Source of the DNA: an uncultured Verrucomicrobiae bacterium
GTDB lineage: Bacteria > Verrucomicrobiota > Verrucomicrobiia > Chthoniobacterales > UBA10450
Direction of reading: 5' to 3'
Assembly (NCBI GenBank): GCA_963815455.1
Contig: CAWFGO010000001.1
Coordinates: 960,001 to 1,024,000 of the forward strand
DNA: 64,000 nt
In this document: positions 8,661-20,238 of the stretch, piece after piece
Position numbering within the stretch: position 1 is the stretch's first letter
Layout of the letters: every line of letters starts with the position of its first letter
The notes under the pieces: generated by a model
Seen by the model: the letters and a program-made list of their open reading frames with translations, nothing else
The model's database searches: none
Told to the model about the DNA's origin: nothing
Made by a program: the position numbers and the translations under genes

Positions 8661-9869
8661 TCATCGATCCACCTCTCCCATGACGATGTCGATGCTGCCG
8701 AGAATGACCATCACATCGGCCACAGTATGGCCAAGGCACAAATCTTCGAGGACGGTCAGATTGATAAAACTTGGCGGACGGACCCGGTAACGATAAGGGT
8801 TCGCGCTGCCGTCGCTGATTAAATAAAAGCCGAGCTCGCCCTTTGGTGCTTCGATCCGCCCATACGCTTCGCCCACCGGCGGTTTGAACGCGCGAATCTT
8901 CACCTTTGGATTCGCGATTGGCCCCGGTTGAATCTGGGAGAACGCCTGCTTTAAAATTTCGATGCTTTCGCGCATCTCCAGCGCGCGCATCATTAAGCGA
9001 TCGTAGGTGTCGCCATGATCTCCCAGCGGGACCCGAAACTTGAATCGGGGATAAATTCCGTAGCCATCGACTTTGCGTACATCGTAATTTACCCCGCAGG
9101 CGCGAAGCATCGGGCCGGTGATGCCAGCGTTGATGGCGAGCTCGGCCGACATTTTTCCCACGTTCTGGGTCCGCGCGATCACGATCTCGTTTTGCAAAAT
9201 CAGTTGTTCGAACTCATCGAGAAACTTCGGGAAAGCATCGACAATCTTCTTCGCGCGGCCAAGCCAGGCATCGTCGGCATCGACTCGGCAGCCGCCGAAC
9301 CGCATGTAATCGCACATCATCCGCGAGCCGGCGAGCGATTCGAACAGATCGAGAATTTTTTCGCGTTCTCGAAAGGCATACATCAGCGGCGTGCCCCACG
9401 CCCCCATGTCGCTCAGCAAGAATCCGAGCAGCGAGGCGTGATTCTGCAGCCGGGTCAGCTCAGCCAGAATGACGCGCAAATATTCGGCGCGTTCGGGAAC
9501 TTCGATCCCGGCCAGTTTCTCTACGCTGAGCGCATAGGCCCAGTTGTTCGTCATCGAACAAAAATAATCGAGCCGGTCGGTGTACGGCATCGAGCCGAGA
9601 TAACTCGTGTTCTCGCCGATCTTTTCGTGATTCCGATGCAGGTAGCCGAAAACCGGCTTGAGCTTGCGCACAATCTCGCCTTCGAGCGCGACGTTCATCC
9701 GAAACACGCCGTGAGTCGATGGATGTTGCGGTCCCATCGACACTTCGAGCAACTCGCCGTCGAGTGAAGACGTCATCCCGAGCGCAGTCGAGGGATCCCG
9801 TTGCGTAACCTTAAAGCTATCGCCGCGGGATCCGTCGACTACGCTTCGCTCTGCTCGGGATGACATCAT
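8661..9869 (-). CDS. nuoD: NADH-quinone oxidoreductase subunit D
   Basis: MGPQHPSTHGVFR, GYLHR, DRLDY, EAPKGELG and C-terminal GEVDR; no NiFe CxxC motifs. Confidence 0.95.
   Translation of the reverse strand: MMSSRAERSVVDGSRGDSFKVTQRDPSTALGMTSSLDGELLEVSMGPQHPSTHGVFRMNVALEGEIVRKLKPVFGYLHRNHEKIGENTSYLGSMPYTDRLDYFCSMTNNWAYALSVEKLAGIEVPERAEYLRVILAELTRLQNHASLLGFLLSDMGAWGTPLMYAFREREKILDLFESLAGSRMMCDYMRFGGCRVDADDAWLGRAKKIVDAFPKFLDEFEQLILQNEIVIARTQNVGKMSAELAINAGITGPMLRACGVNYDVRKVDGYGIYPRFKFRVPLGDHGDTYDRLMMRALEMRESIEILKQAFSQIQPGPIANPKVKIRAFKPPVGEAYGRIEAPKGELGFYLISDGSANPYRYRVRPPSFINLTVLEDLCLGHTVADVMVILGSIDIVMGEVDR
9772..9864. repeat. 93-bp palindromic element in frame in the nuoD 5' end
   Basis: Perfect 12-bp terminal inverted repeats GTCATCCCGAGC/GCTCGGGATGAC; related to the element at 55013-55192. 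Confidence 0.8.
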
Positions 9870-10558
9870 TGGGCCGTAATATTTTCAGCGCCGTCCAGTT
9901 GCGGTCGCTGTGCGTAATGCCCTTTGGCTCGCTCCAATACTTCATCGTGCGGGGTCGGCTCGTATTCGTAATCGTCCGGATCGCGATAATCTTTCCGCAT
10001 CGGGAAGTCCTCGAACTCGTCCCACATCAAGATCCGCCGCAAATCCGGATGACCATCGAAATGAATCCCATAAAGATCGAAAATCTCGCGCTCTTGAAAT
10101 TCGGCGCTACGCCAGATCGGGGTGAGCGACGGAAGTCGCGCGCCCTCCCTGCGATCGGCCGTCCGCAGTCGAATGATGATCGGGCCGTGTCCGCCGCTGG
10201 ACGGATTCGCCGTGGCGAACTTGAGCGTCATCGAAAAGAGGTGATACACCGCCTCGAGATAGCCCGGGATTTTTTCTTCCGTGGTTTGGTCCACTTCCTT
10301 CTCGACGCCCTCAACGATCGTTTTCACTTTGCTTGTCTTCTTCACCGTGCGATCGAGCCAATCGACTCCGGTCACGTTCGAACAATGATCGAGTCGCAAT
10401 TCTGGATCGTCGCGCAGAAACTTTGCGACCGCGCCCGCATGTTCGTTGTCAATCAAGAGCGACGATTGTTGCGCCGGCCCGGGATTAACGACGATGTCGA
10501 TCTTCGCTCCGGGCATCGTTGATTCGGCGCGCGCTTTGATTTGCTCGAGTGTTTCCAT
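9866..10558 (-). CDS. nuoC: NADH-quinone oxidoreductase subunit C
   Basis: VTGVDW, EREIFDLYGIHFDGHPDLRRIL, FPMRKD. Confidence 0.95.
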   Translation of the reverse strand: METLEQIKARAESTMPGAKIDIVVNPGPAQQSSLLIDNEHAGAVAKFLRDDPELRLDHCSNVTGVDWLDRTVKKTSKVKTIVEGVEKEVDQTTEEKIPGYLEAVYHLFSMTLKFATANPSSGGHGPIIIRLRTADRREGARLPSLTPIWRSAEFQEREIFDLYGIHFDGHPDLRRILMWDEFEDFPMRKDYRDPDDYEYEPTPHDEVLERAKGHYAQRPQLDGAENITAQ

Positions 10559-10569
10559 TAGTCAGTGCC

Positions 10570-10661
10570 AAGGTGGATCGGCCTCTCCGAGGACGATGCT
10601 AAAAATAATGCGGCTTCGCCGCCAAATTCCAACATCGCGCTCGGAGATCGCGATCCACCTT
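10570..10661. repeat. REP-like palindrome between nuoB and nuoC
   Basis: AAGGTGGATCG...CGATCCACCTT terminal inverted repeats; a related half-copy lies at about 59885-59914. Confidence 0.7.
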
Positions 10662-11282
10662 TCATCGCTCAATTTTCATCGGACGAAACACATCCGGGTT
10701 CGCCGGCGGTTCCAAATCGTGTTTGCCAAACGCCGGCACCGGAAATTCGCTCGGCTGAGTTCGATCCAGATGCGGGGCCTTTTTGTCGCCGGTCAATTTT
10801 TGTTCGTCGATCTTGCGCTGCAATTCCATGAACGCGTGGAGCAACGCTTCCGGCCGCGGCGGGCACCCGGGAATGTAAACATCGACAGGAATGTAACGAT
10901 CGATCCCTTTGAGCACGTTGTAACCCTGCTTGAACGGTCCGCCGGAAATCGCGCAGGCGCCCATCGAGATCACATATTTCGGATCGGGCATTTGGTTGTA
11001 AAGCCGGACAATTTGCGGCGCCATTTTTTTGGTCACAGTCCCGGCCACGATCATGAGATCGGCCTGACGCGGCGATGGGCGAAACACTTCGCCGCCGAAT
11101 CGGGCGATATCGTAACGCGATGCCGCGGTCGCGATCATTTCAATCGCGCAACAGGCCAGGCCAAACTGCAACGGCCAGATCGAATTCTTCCGGCCCCAGT
11201 TGTAAAGCTCCTGCACCGACGTCACCCAGATTCCTTGCCTTTGAAGCTCGCTGCGCAGCCCCTCGTCAATTTGGTTATTCAT
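10662..11282 (-). CDS. nuoB: NADH-quinone oxidoreductase subunit B
   Basis: [30 protein letters not shown]. Confidence 0.96.
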   Translation of the reverse strand: MNNQIDEGLRSELQRQGIWVTSVQELYNWGRKNSIWPLQFGLACCAIEMIATAASRYDIARFGGEVFRPSPRQADLMIVAGTVTKKMAPQIVRLYNQMPDPKYVISMGACAISGGPFKQGYNVLKGIDRYIPVDVYIPGCPPRPEALLHAFMELQRKIDEQKLTGDKKAPHLDRTQPSEFPVPAFGKHDLEPPANPDVFRPMKIER

Positions 11283-11292
11283 CCGATTTCAC

Positions 11293-11342
11293 TGTAGGGC
11301 GTCTCTGTGAACCCCGAAAGCGTTCGGGGCTGACGCCCTACA
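11293..11342. repeat. GTAG-type REP palindrome between nuoA and nuoB
   Basis: TGTAGGGCGTC...GACGCCCTACA with an inner CCCCGAA/TTCGGGG hairpin. Confidence 0.75.
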
Positions 11343-11351
11343 ACCTCCGAT

Positions 11352-11726
11352 TCATCTGCCCCACTGTAAACAACCTTTGCCCCAGGCCCAAACCAGACCT
11401 TCGATCAATAGCAGTAAAAAAACGAGAAGGGCGATGAACGCGCCGATCGGCAACCCGGTGAACGCCACGGCAAACGGCACCAGAAAAATCGCTTCCACGT
11501 CAAAGATCAGAAAGATGATCGCGTAGAGATAATACTTCGATTGAAACTGCACGTGCGCTTCGCCAATCGATTCCACGCCGCATTCGTAGGTCGCGTTCTT
11601 CTCCAAGCCCGGCTTCGGCGGCTGAAAAAAACGTCGCCACAGCCAGGCCAGCGCCAACGGGGCCAGCGGAAAAGCCAGCGCCACGCCAACAAAAATGACG
11701 ATAAAAAGGTAAGGATTGGGACTCAT
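11352..11726 (-). CDS. nuoA: NADH-quinone oxidoreductase subunit A
   Basis: YECG, FLIFDVE, three TM helices, KG.L.W end. Confidence 0.95.
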   Translation of the reverse strand: MSPNPYLFIVIFVGVALAFPLAPLALAWLWRRFFQPPKPGLEKNATYECGVESIGEAHVQFQSKYYLYAIIFLIFDVEAIFLVPFAVAFTGLPIGAFIALLVFLLLLIEGLVWAWGKGCLQWGR

Positions 11727-11781
11727 CGAATCTCGATCAAATTCGCTCGGAAAGATGTGCTGCCAAGTCTATAATTGGGTT

Positions 11782-11958
11782 GTGGACAAGACGGTAAAAA
11801 AATTCCGGAGTTTTGACGAGGCCGAAAAGGCCGATCGCGCTTTTTACAAGAAGCTCACCGGCAACCAACGACTGCAGATTCTGCTCGAACTTCTAGACCA
11901 TGCGCCTGACCAACGACTCGAGAGAGTTTCTCGAATTACTAAACTCCCGCGGCGTTGA
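11782..11958 (+). CDS. Small protein upstream of a nucleotidyltransferase (antitoxin-like partner)
   Basis: GTG start 6 nt after TATAAT; MDKTVKKFRSFDEAEKADRAFYKKLTGNQRLQILLEL; overlaps the next gene. Confidence 0.55.
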   Translation: MDKTVKKFRSFDEAEKADRAFYKKLTGNQRLQILLELLDHAPDQRLERVSRITKLPRR

Positions 11959-12343
11959 TTATATCATCGTCGGCGCGCACAGCCTGGCGTTCCACGGACG
12001 TCCACGCTATACCGGCGATCTCGATATTCTCGTGCGGGCCACATCGGAAAACGCCGGCAAACTCGTCCAGATCTTGAATCAATTTGGGTTCGAGCGGTCT
12101 GGCTTCAAGGAATCTGACTTCACCGAGCCGGAGCAGATGATCCAGCTTGGTCGTGTCCCCAGCCGGATCGATCTACTCACCACTATCAGCGGCGTCACGA
12201 ATGACGAAGCTTTTGCTACAAGGATTTCGGCCGACATCGATGGCATTTCCGTTTTCGTTCTAAGCAAGGATCTACTAATTCGCAATAAACGCGCCGTCGC
12301 TCGACCACAGGACTTGGCTGATCTCGATGCGCTGGAGCATTGA
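11900..12343 (+). CDS. Minimal nucleotidyltransferase (pol-beta superfamily)
   Basis: IVGAHSL..HG.PRYTGDLD and C-terminal NK.A..RPQDLADL. Confidence 0.8.
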   Translation: MRLTNDSREFLELLNSRGVDYIIVGAHSLAFHGRPRYTGDLDILVRATSENAGKLVQILNQFGFERSGFKESDFTEPEQMIQLGRVPSRIDLLTTISGVTNDEAFATRISADIDGISVFVLSKDLLIRNKRAVARPQDLADLDALEH

Positions 12344-12388
12344 GTTTTGCTTGATTGCGCGTGAGGCAATCGCTTTCCTTCATCGAAG

Positions 12389-13576
12389 ATGAGCGATGCT
12401 GTCGATCAGATCTTCGTCCGAGCGAAAGAATGGTTACTCTCGTTTCTCGCCGGCGCGCCTGACTGGATCGTCCAGATCGCCTCGGCCTTGATCAACATTT
12501 TCACGCTCCTCGGAGTGTTCCTGACGCTCTTCGCGCTGATGTCGGTGCTGGAGAGAAAAATTCTGGGGCGGATGCAAAATCGCTACGGACCGAATCGAGT
12601 TGGGCCGTTCGGACTTTTCCAGCCGGTCGCTGACGGCATTAAGATGCTGATCAAGGAAGACATCGTGCCCGCGCGGGCGGACAAGATCGTGCATTTCCTG
12701 GCGCCGATCCTGATCGCGGCGGCGGCGATTCTCGCTCTCGGCGTAATTCCCTATGGCCGAAACATGACGCCGTTTAGCATCGATGGCGGCATTTTGTTTT
12801 TCTTCGCCGTTGGATCGACCACCGAACTCGCGGTTTTCATGGCCGGTTGGGGCAGCAACAATAAGTTTTCGATGCTCGGCGCAATGCGGGCGATCGCGCA
12901 GATGATCAGTTATGAATTGCCGTTGATTATCACGGTGATTCCGGTCGTGATGGTTGTCGGTTCGCTCACGCCCGACGCGATTGTCTCGGCGCAAGGCGGC
13001 TACACATTTGGAATTGTGCCGCGCTGGTTCGTGTTCACCCCGTGGGGCGCGGCCGCGTTTATTTTGTTCTTTGTTTCAGGCCTGGTCGAATCGAACCGTA
13101 CCCCGTTCGATGTGCCAGAAGGGGAATCGGAAATTGTCGCCGGTCACATGACCGAGTATTCCGGCTTCAAATACGCCACGTTTTTTCTGGCCGAATACCT
13201 TGGCATGTTCGCGGTCAGCGGGCTCGCCATCACATTGTTTCTCGGCGGCTGGCACCCGCCGCTCCGCGTCCTCGAATTTGTTCCCTCCTACGTTTGGTTT
13301 TTCGCGAAGTTGTCGATCCTGCTTTTTGTTTATGTCTGGCTCCGTGGAACTCTGCCGCGCACCCGAGTCGATCAGATGATGAATTTTGCCTGGAAATTCA
13401 TGCTGCCGATGGCATTCACCTGCATGATCGCCGCCGCCGTGTGGCATTATGCCGGACGCGGCTTGCGCGGCTGGCTTTGGTCGCTTGTCGTGGTCGCGAT
13501 TGTTTATGTAATCTTGTCGATCCTGCTCGACACGCGGCGAAAATTTGCGCCGCGCACATATCGTTTTGCCGAATGA
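12389..13576 (+). CDS. nuoH: NADH-quinone oxidoreductase subunit H
   Basis: ERK..GRMQNRYGPNRVGP.G..QP.AD.IK..KE, QMISYE, NRTPFD.PEGESE. Confidence 0.96.
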   Translation: MSDAVDQIFVRAKEWLLSFLAGAPDWIVQIASALINIFTLLGVFLTLFALMSVLERKILGRMQNRYGPNRVGPFGLFQPVADGIKMLIKEDIVPARADKIVHFLAPILIAAAAILALGVIPYGRNMTPFSIDGGILFFFAVGSTTELAVFMAGWGSNNKFSMLGAMRAIAQMISYELPLIITVIPVVMVVGSLTPDAIVSAQGGYTFGIVPRWFVFTPWGAAAFILFFVSGLVESNRTPFDVPEGESEIVAGHMTEYSGFKYATFFLAEYLGMFAVSGLAITLFLGGWHPPLRVLEFVPSYVWFFAKLSILLFVYVWLRGTLPRTRVDQMMNFAWKFMLPMAFTCMIAAAVWHYAGRGLRGWLWSLVVVAIVYVILSILLDTRRKFAPRTYRFAE

Positions 13577-14055
13577 ACAGCGTCGCCTTCGTCTTCATCG
13601 CGATTTTCATTCTGGCCGCGGCGCTCGCCGCCGCCACGCTAAAGAAGTTGATGCACGCAGCGCTCAGTTTCGCGCTCGCGCTCGTCGGCCTGGCTGCGTT
13701 TTTCTTTCTCCTCGGTGCTGAGTTCGTGGGCCTGGTGCAAATCTTCGTTTACATCGGCGCGGTCGCGGTCCTGATCGTGTTCACAATCCTGCTCACGCGA
13801 CGCGAAGCGGAAAAGGACCATGGATTCAACTGGGGCGGCGCTGTTATCGCTGTCGCCGTTTTCGGAGGATTGATTTGGGCGATCTCCCGAACGCAATTGC
13901 TCGCAGTGGGCGCGCCACAAATGGAAGCGCTCACCGTGAAGGGAATTGGCGAAACATTGATGACGAGTTATGTATGGCCGCTGCTTTGTGTCGGCCTCCT
14001 GCTTACCGCCGCGCTGATTGGCGCACTCATTCTGGTGATGGAGGACAAGCGGTGA
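13573..14055 (+). CDS. nuoJ: NADH-quinone oxidoreductase subunit J
   Basis: AEFVGLVQIFVYIGAVAVL; ATG overlaps the nuoH stop (ATGA). Confidence 0.92.
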   Translation: MNSVAFVFIAIFILAAALAAATLKKLMHAALSFALALVGLAAFFFLLGAEFVGLVQIFVYIGAVAVLIVFTILLTRREAEKDHGFNWGGAVIAVAVFGGLIWAISRTQLLAVGAPQMEALTVKGIGETLMTSYVWPLLCVGLLLTAALIGALILVMEDKR

Positions 14056-14070
14056 GAGCAAATTTCTTCG

Positions 14071-14215
14071 TCTGGGGAGCACAGGCTGCCAGCCTGTTGC
14101 ATTCGGCGGCCTCGCCGAATGCCTCGTTGCCCACGATGCAAGGTTCTAACAACGCGCCAGAGCGGTTCGCGGCAAGCTGCCGCGAACTACAGGCTCGCAG
14201 CCTGTGCTCCCCGGA
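14071..14215. repeat. GGAGCAC-family palindromic element between nuoJ and nuoK
   Basis: 16-bp inverted repeat GGGGAGCACAGGCTGC/GCAGCCTGTGCTCCCC; relatives at 18113 and 55584. Confidence 0.8.
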
Positions 14216-14232
14216 ATCGGAGTGACCCCGCG

Positions 14233-14543
14233 ATGAATCCCACCTTGCAAACCTTCCTCATCGTTTCAGCGGCGTTGTTCTCCATCGGCTTGCTTGCCGT
14301 CCTGAGCCGGCGTCATGCAATCTTCATTTTGATCGGCATCGAAATGATGCTGGCGGCGGCGAATCTAAATTTCATCGCCTTCTGGCGGTTCGGCCCCGAA
14401 CCGCACCCGCCGACCGGCGTGATCGTCTCAATTTTTTCAATCGCCATCGCCGCCGCCGAGGCCGCCGTGGGACTCGCACTCGTGATCGCCGTTTATCGTC
14501 ACTACCGCACGACCAACGTCGATCAACTCGATCGACTCAAAGG

Positions 14544-14547
<4 letters not shown>
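14233..14547 (+). CDS. nuoK: NADH-quinone oxidoreductase subunit K
   Basis: IEMML.A.NLN, IAAAEAAVGLA. Confidence 0.95.
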
Positions 14548-16516
<1,969 letters not shown>

Positions 16517-16529
<13 letters not shown>

Positions 16530-17989
16530 TCACAGCGCTCATCGTTATTCCGATCGCTGGCGCGCTCGGCCTTTACATCGGCCGCCCGCGAAATCCGCGC
16601 GTGATCGCGCTGCTCTTCAACGCACTCGCGGCGTTTTACGCGTTCATGCTGTGGCAAAAATTCGATACCCACGCCGCAGGCCTGCAAATCGTCGAGCGCC
16701 ACGAATGGATTCCAACCATCGGCGCCGAATATCTCGTCGGTGTCGATGGGCTGAGCCTGCTGCTCGTTCTGCTGACCACGCTCATCATTCCATTCGGGCT
16801 GCTGGCCCAGCGATTGGAGCGCGGAGCGTGCGCGCTGATGTTGATCACGCAATCGGCCCTCTATGGCACGTTCACCGCCCAGAATTTTGTCCTTTGGTTC
16901 TTGTTTTACGAGATGAGCCTGATCCCGGCGTTCCTGCTCATTAAGATCTGGGGCGGAGAAAACCGGGACCGAGCCGCGACGAAATTCTTTCTTTATACAT
17001 TCCTCGGCAGCATCGCCATGCTGCTGAGCTTTCTCGGCATTTACTTCGCGAAAGGAACATTTGATTTCGCGACTCTGGCCGATCTCGGAAAAGGTGGCCT
17101 GCTCACCGGCAAGTTCGCCTGGCTCGCCTTTGCCGGAATTTTTCTCGGACTCGCGGTCAAGGTTCCACTGTTTCCATTTCATACCTGGCTGCCCGACGCC
17201 TACGAAACCGCGCCTACCGGCGTGTCGATGGTCCTGACCGGCCTGCTTTCAAAAATGGGCGTTTACGGTTTCGTGCGCCTTTTGCTTCCGCTTTTTCCTA
17301 ACGAAATCAAAATCCTCGGCCCATGGCTGCTGGCGCTGGCGGTCTGTTCGATCGTGTTCGCCCCGCTGGCCGCGTGGGCCCAGCGGGATTTGAAACGCAT
17401 GGTCGCCTACCTGTCGATCAACCATCTCGGTTATTGCATGCTTGGCTTGTTCGCCATCACCGCAGGATCGACATCCTCGTCGATCGATACGCACGCCGCA
17501 TTGAGTGGCGTGTTCCTGCAAATTTTCAATCACGGCATCACCGCCGCCGCTTTGTTTTACTTCGTCGGCTTGCTCGAACAACGCCGCGGCCTGCGCGGTA
17601 TCGACGATTTCGGCGGGCTGATGCAGCGAACGCCGTTGCTCTGCGGCTGGATGAGCGTGGCCATGTTTTCGTCGCTCGGTCTGCCGGGCTTGAACGGATT
17701 CATTGGCGAATTTCTCATTTTCAAAGCCTCGTTCGCCATGGTCGCTTCGTTCACGGCGGTGGCCGTGCTCGGGCTGCTGGTCACGGCAATTGTTTTTATG
17801 CGAATGATGCAATCGCTCTTCAGCGGACCGCTCAGCGAGAACTGCAGCGGATTCCCCGATCTTCTTCAGAGTGAAAAAATTATCATCGTGCCGGTCACGC
17901 TGCTCATGTTCGCCATCGGCATCGCGCCGCAGTTCATGTTCAGCATCTTCAACACAACGGTCGCCCAAATGGCGCGACTATTTGCCTGA
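16517..17989 (+). CDS. nuoM: NADH-quinone oxidoreductase subunit M (copy 1)
   Basis: VKVPLFPFHTWLPDAY, LSKMGVYG, NHG, GLPGLNGFIGEF. Confidence 0.93.
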
Positions 17990-18000
17990 GGTTTGATGGA

Positions 18001-18110
18001 ATGAGTAAGGCAATCATCCCGATTGAGCGCATCGCTCAGCGAATTCTTGTCTTGCGCGGTGAGAAAGTACAAGGGACCGCCATGTTGTCGAGTGTATTCA
18101 ATTGCAATCG
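18001..18110 (+). pseudogene. ORF6N-domain gene remnant with an internal deletion
   Basis: IPIERIAQRILVLRGEKV is joined directly to QGTAMLSSV.N; these motifs are normally far apart in ORF6N proteins. Confidence 0.6.
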
Positions 18111-18112
18111 GA

Positions 18113-18263
18113 TTGGGAAGCGCACGCGCCTCCCGTGCTGGCGATGGCGCCCTCGCCATCGCGAACTTTTTCTCAGCATTTCACCGTTGGGTTCCGACAA
18201 TTCGTCAAAGACTTTTCGGCGAGGGCGCCGAAAAGAACACGCGAGGCGCGTGTGCTCCCCAGA
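18113..18263. repeat. GGAGCAC-family palindromic element directly before the second nuoM ATG
   Basis: GGGAAGCGCACGCGCCTCCCGTG...CACGCGAGGCGCGTGTGCTCCCCAGA, with inner GGCGCCCTCGCC/GGCGAGGGCGCC. Confidence 0.75.
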
Positions 18264-19748
18264 ATGATCGCCTGGACCATTTACATCACCTTTGGCGGCG
18301 CAATCGCGCTGCTGTTCCTGCCGCGTGCGATGTCGCGTTGGAACGCGCTTGCCACCGCGGCGGCCGGACTGGCTGTCAGTCTGGCTACATTCTTCCAAAC
18401 GCCGATTGTCGATCTTGCGCAGTTCCAAACAGTCGTGAACGTGCCGTGGGTGCCGATTCTGGGGATGAATTATCATCTCGCGGTCGATGGCATCAGCCTG
18501 ACCCTCGTTTTGGTCACGGGCATCACCGCCGTGAGCGCCGTGCTCTTTTCGTGGGATGTCGATCATCGCCAGAATGAATTCTTTTTCTGGCTTTTGCTCG
18601 TGGTCGGCGGCTCCTACGGCGTCTTTCTCAGCGCCGATCTCTTTTTGCTCTTCGTGTTCTACGAACTGGTGATCGTGCCGAAGTATTTTCTCATCGCGAT
18701 CTTTGGCTCGACGAACAAGGAGTATGGCGCAATGAAGCTGACTCTTTATTCGTTCTTCGGCGGCGCGCTCGTTTTTATCGGGATCGTCCTCGCTTATGCG
18801 ACGTCCGGCTCGCTCGACATTGTCGGCTTGTCCCGTTTTCAATTTGAGCCCGAAATCCAAGAGTGGGCGTTTCCCGTTTTGTTTATCGGATTCGCTGTTC
18901 TGGCCGGCATTTGGCCATTGCATACTTGGGCGCCGACCGGCCACGTGGCCGCGCCGACTGCAGGATCGATGTTGCTTGCCGGGATCGTCATGAAGCTCGG
19001 CGGCTACGGCGCGCTGAGGGTCGCCATGAATATTTTCCCGGACGGTTTCCACATGTGGAGCAAATGGATCGCCGTCTTCGCCGTGATCGGGATCGTTTAT
19101 GCCGCCGGCGTAGCGCTCCGGCAACGCGATCTGAAATTCGTCATCGGGTATTCGAGCGTCAGCCATATGGGTTTTGTGTTGCTCGGCCTGGCTACGGCGA
19201 ACGCTCTTGGCGTCTCGGGCTCGGTGCTGCAGATGTTTTCCCACGGCGTGATCGGCGCTCTGCTCTTCGCCGTAGCTGGACGGATGATTTATAGCCGCAC
19301 CCACACGCGCAATCTCGATGAATTGTCGATGTTGCAACTGAATCGCGCTTTGCCGTTTGCCGCGTTTACGTTTGTGATTGCATCTGCCGCGTCGATGGGA
19401 ATTCCCGGGTTCAGCGGGTTCGCGGCTGAAATCACCATCCTTATCGGCACGTGGAAAACCTACCCGGCGGCGGTATTTATCGTCGGCGCAGGCATGGTGC
19501 TGGTGGGTGCGTTCACGCTGCGCGCGTTGAAGAGAGCTTTTTTCGATAGCGCCGTTTCGGCAGATGGAGGAACGCGCCCAATATGGTCCGACAAATCTGC
19601 ACAAAATTTGCCGCCGATCACCCTGGTCGAGAAACTGGGAGCCGGCCTGCTCATGTTCGCGACCCTCGCCGTTGGACTTTATCCGAAACTATTGCTCGAT
19701 CGCATAATGCCCGCGATTGAGACAATGCGTTTTCTTAATCCCCATTAA
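18264..19748 (+). CDS. nuoM: NADH-quinone oxidoreductase subunit M (copy 2, divergent)
   Basis: DGISL.L, FYE, WPLHTWAP.GHVAAP, MKLGGYG, YSSVSHMG, SHG, GIPGFSGF.AE; start ATG 18264. Confidence 0.9.
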   Translation: MIAWTIYITFGGAIALLFLPRAMSRWNALATAAAGLAVSLATFFQTPIVDLAQFQTVVNVPWVPILGMNYHLAVDGISLTLVLVTGITAVSAVLFSWDVDHRQNEFFFWLLLVVGGSYGVFLSADLFLLFVFYELVIVPKYFLIAIFGSTNKEYGAMKLTLYSFFGGALVFIGIVLAYATSGSLDIVGLSRFQFEPEIQEWAFPVLFIGFAVLAGIWPLHTWAPTGHVAAPTAGSMLLAGIVMKLGGYGALRVAMNIFPDGFHMWSKWIAVFAVIGIVYAAGVALRQRDLKFVIGYSSVSHMGFVLLGLATANALGVSGSVLQMFSHGVIGALLFAVAGRMIYSRTHTRNLDELSMLQLNRALPFAAFTFVIASAASMGIPGFSGFAAEITILIGTWKTYPAAVFIVGAGMVLVGAFTLRALKRAFFDSAVSADGGTRPIWSDKSAQNLPPITLVEKLGAGLLMFATLAVGLYPKLLLDRIMPAIETMRFLNPH

Positions 19749-20115
19749 CGCGCACGTACTTGCGCACGCTGCCGTCGGCGGCCTCGATGACGAAATGATC
19801 GTGAGTAATGCTGCGAAGCTTATCGCGATCTCTTGTTCCCGGAGGGATATGCCCCATTTTATCGCCGGTGTATTCGTAAACAATCGCTCCCTCACTCAGT
19901 CGCCATTTGCCTGTGAATTTCGAGAGAAGCGCGTCGTCCCCTGTGACATAGCCGGAGAAGTTTCCGTTCCTGAGAAAAACGTATTCAGCAGTATGCCGGC
20001 TGTCGATCCATCGCCATCTGCCCACCAATTTGCTTTCGGCTTTTTCCCCGATGGTCGAACACGACGCAGCAAAAAATGCGGCCAGCAGAAGAACCATTTT
20101 AACCATCGTGGACAA
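19735..20115 (-). CDS. Putative lipoprotein
   Basis: Hydrophobic signal ending FAASC (lipobox), then LVGRW...GKWRL beta-rich body. Confidence 0.6.
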   Translation of the reverse strand: MSTMVKMVLLLAAFFAASCSTIGEKAESKLVGRWRWIDSRHTAEYVFLRNGNFSGYVTGDDALLSKFTGKWRLSEGAIVYEYTGDKMGHIPPGTRDRDKLRSITHDHFVIEAADGSVRKYVRVNGD

Positions 20116-20238
20116 GAGGCGACAGAATCACACGCGGCCAACGCAAGCGCAATCACCTCTCGACGGATCTGCGCAGGGAACGAAAAGGCCGGCTCTTGGA
20201 GCCGGCCTTCAGGAGGAAACAGTAATTCTATATCGGCC

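Noticed and set aside
3301..9869. Hydrogenase or formate dehydrogenase interpretation of the Fe-S genes
   Set aside because: NuoD lacks NiFe CxxC motifs, the 5352-7862 protein has no H-cluster or molybdopterin domain, and no maturation genes are present.
13042..13572. Long N-terminal extensions in the ORF track (nuoJ, nuoK, second nuoM, 5238, 25216, 36921, 55620, 60669)
   Set aside because: They overlap upstream genes, terminators or repeats; family similarity or the signal peptide begins at a later start.
18036..19604. 522-aa minus-strand ORF, and similar long antisense ORFs over nuo, pyrD, TPR and monooxygenase genes
   Set aside because: Shadows of well-supported opposite-strand genes in GC-rich DNA; no recognisable motifs.
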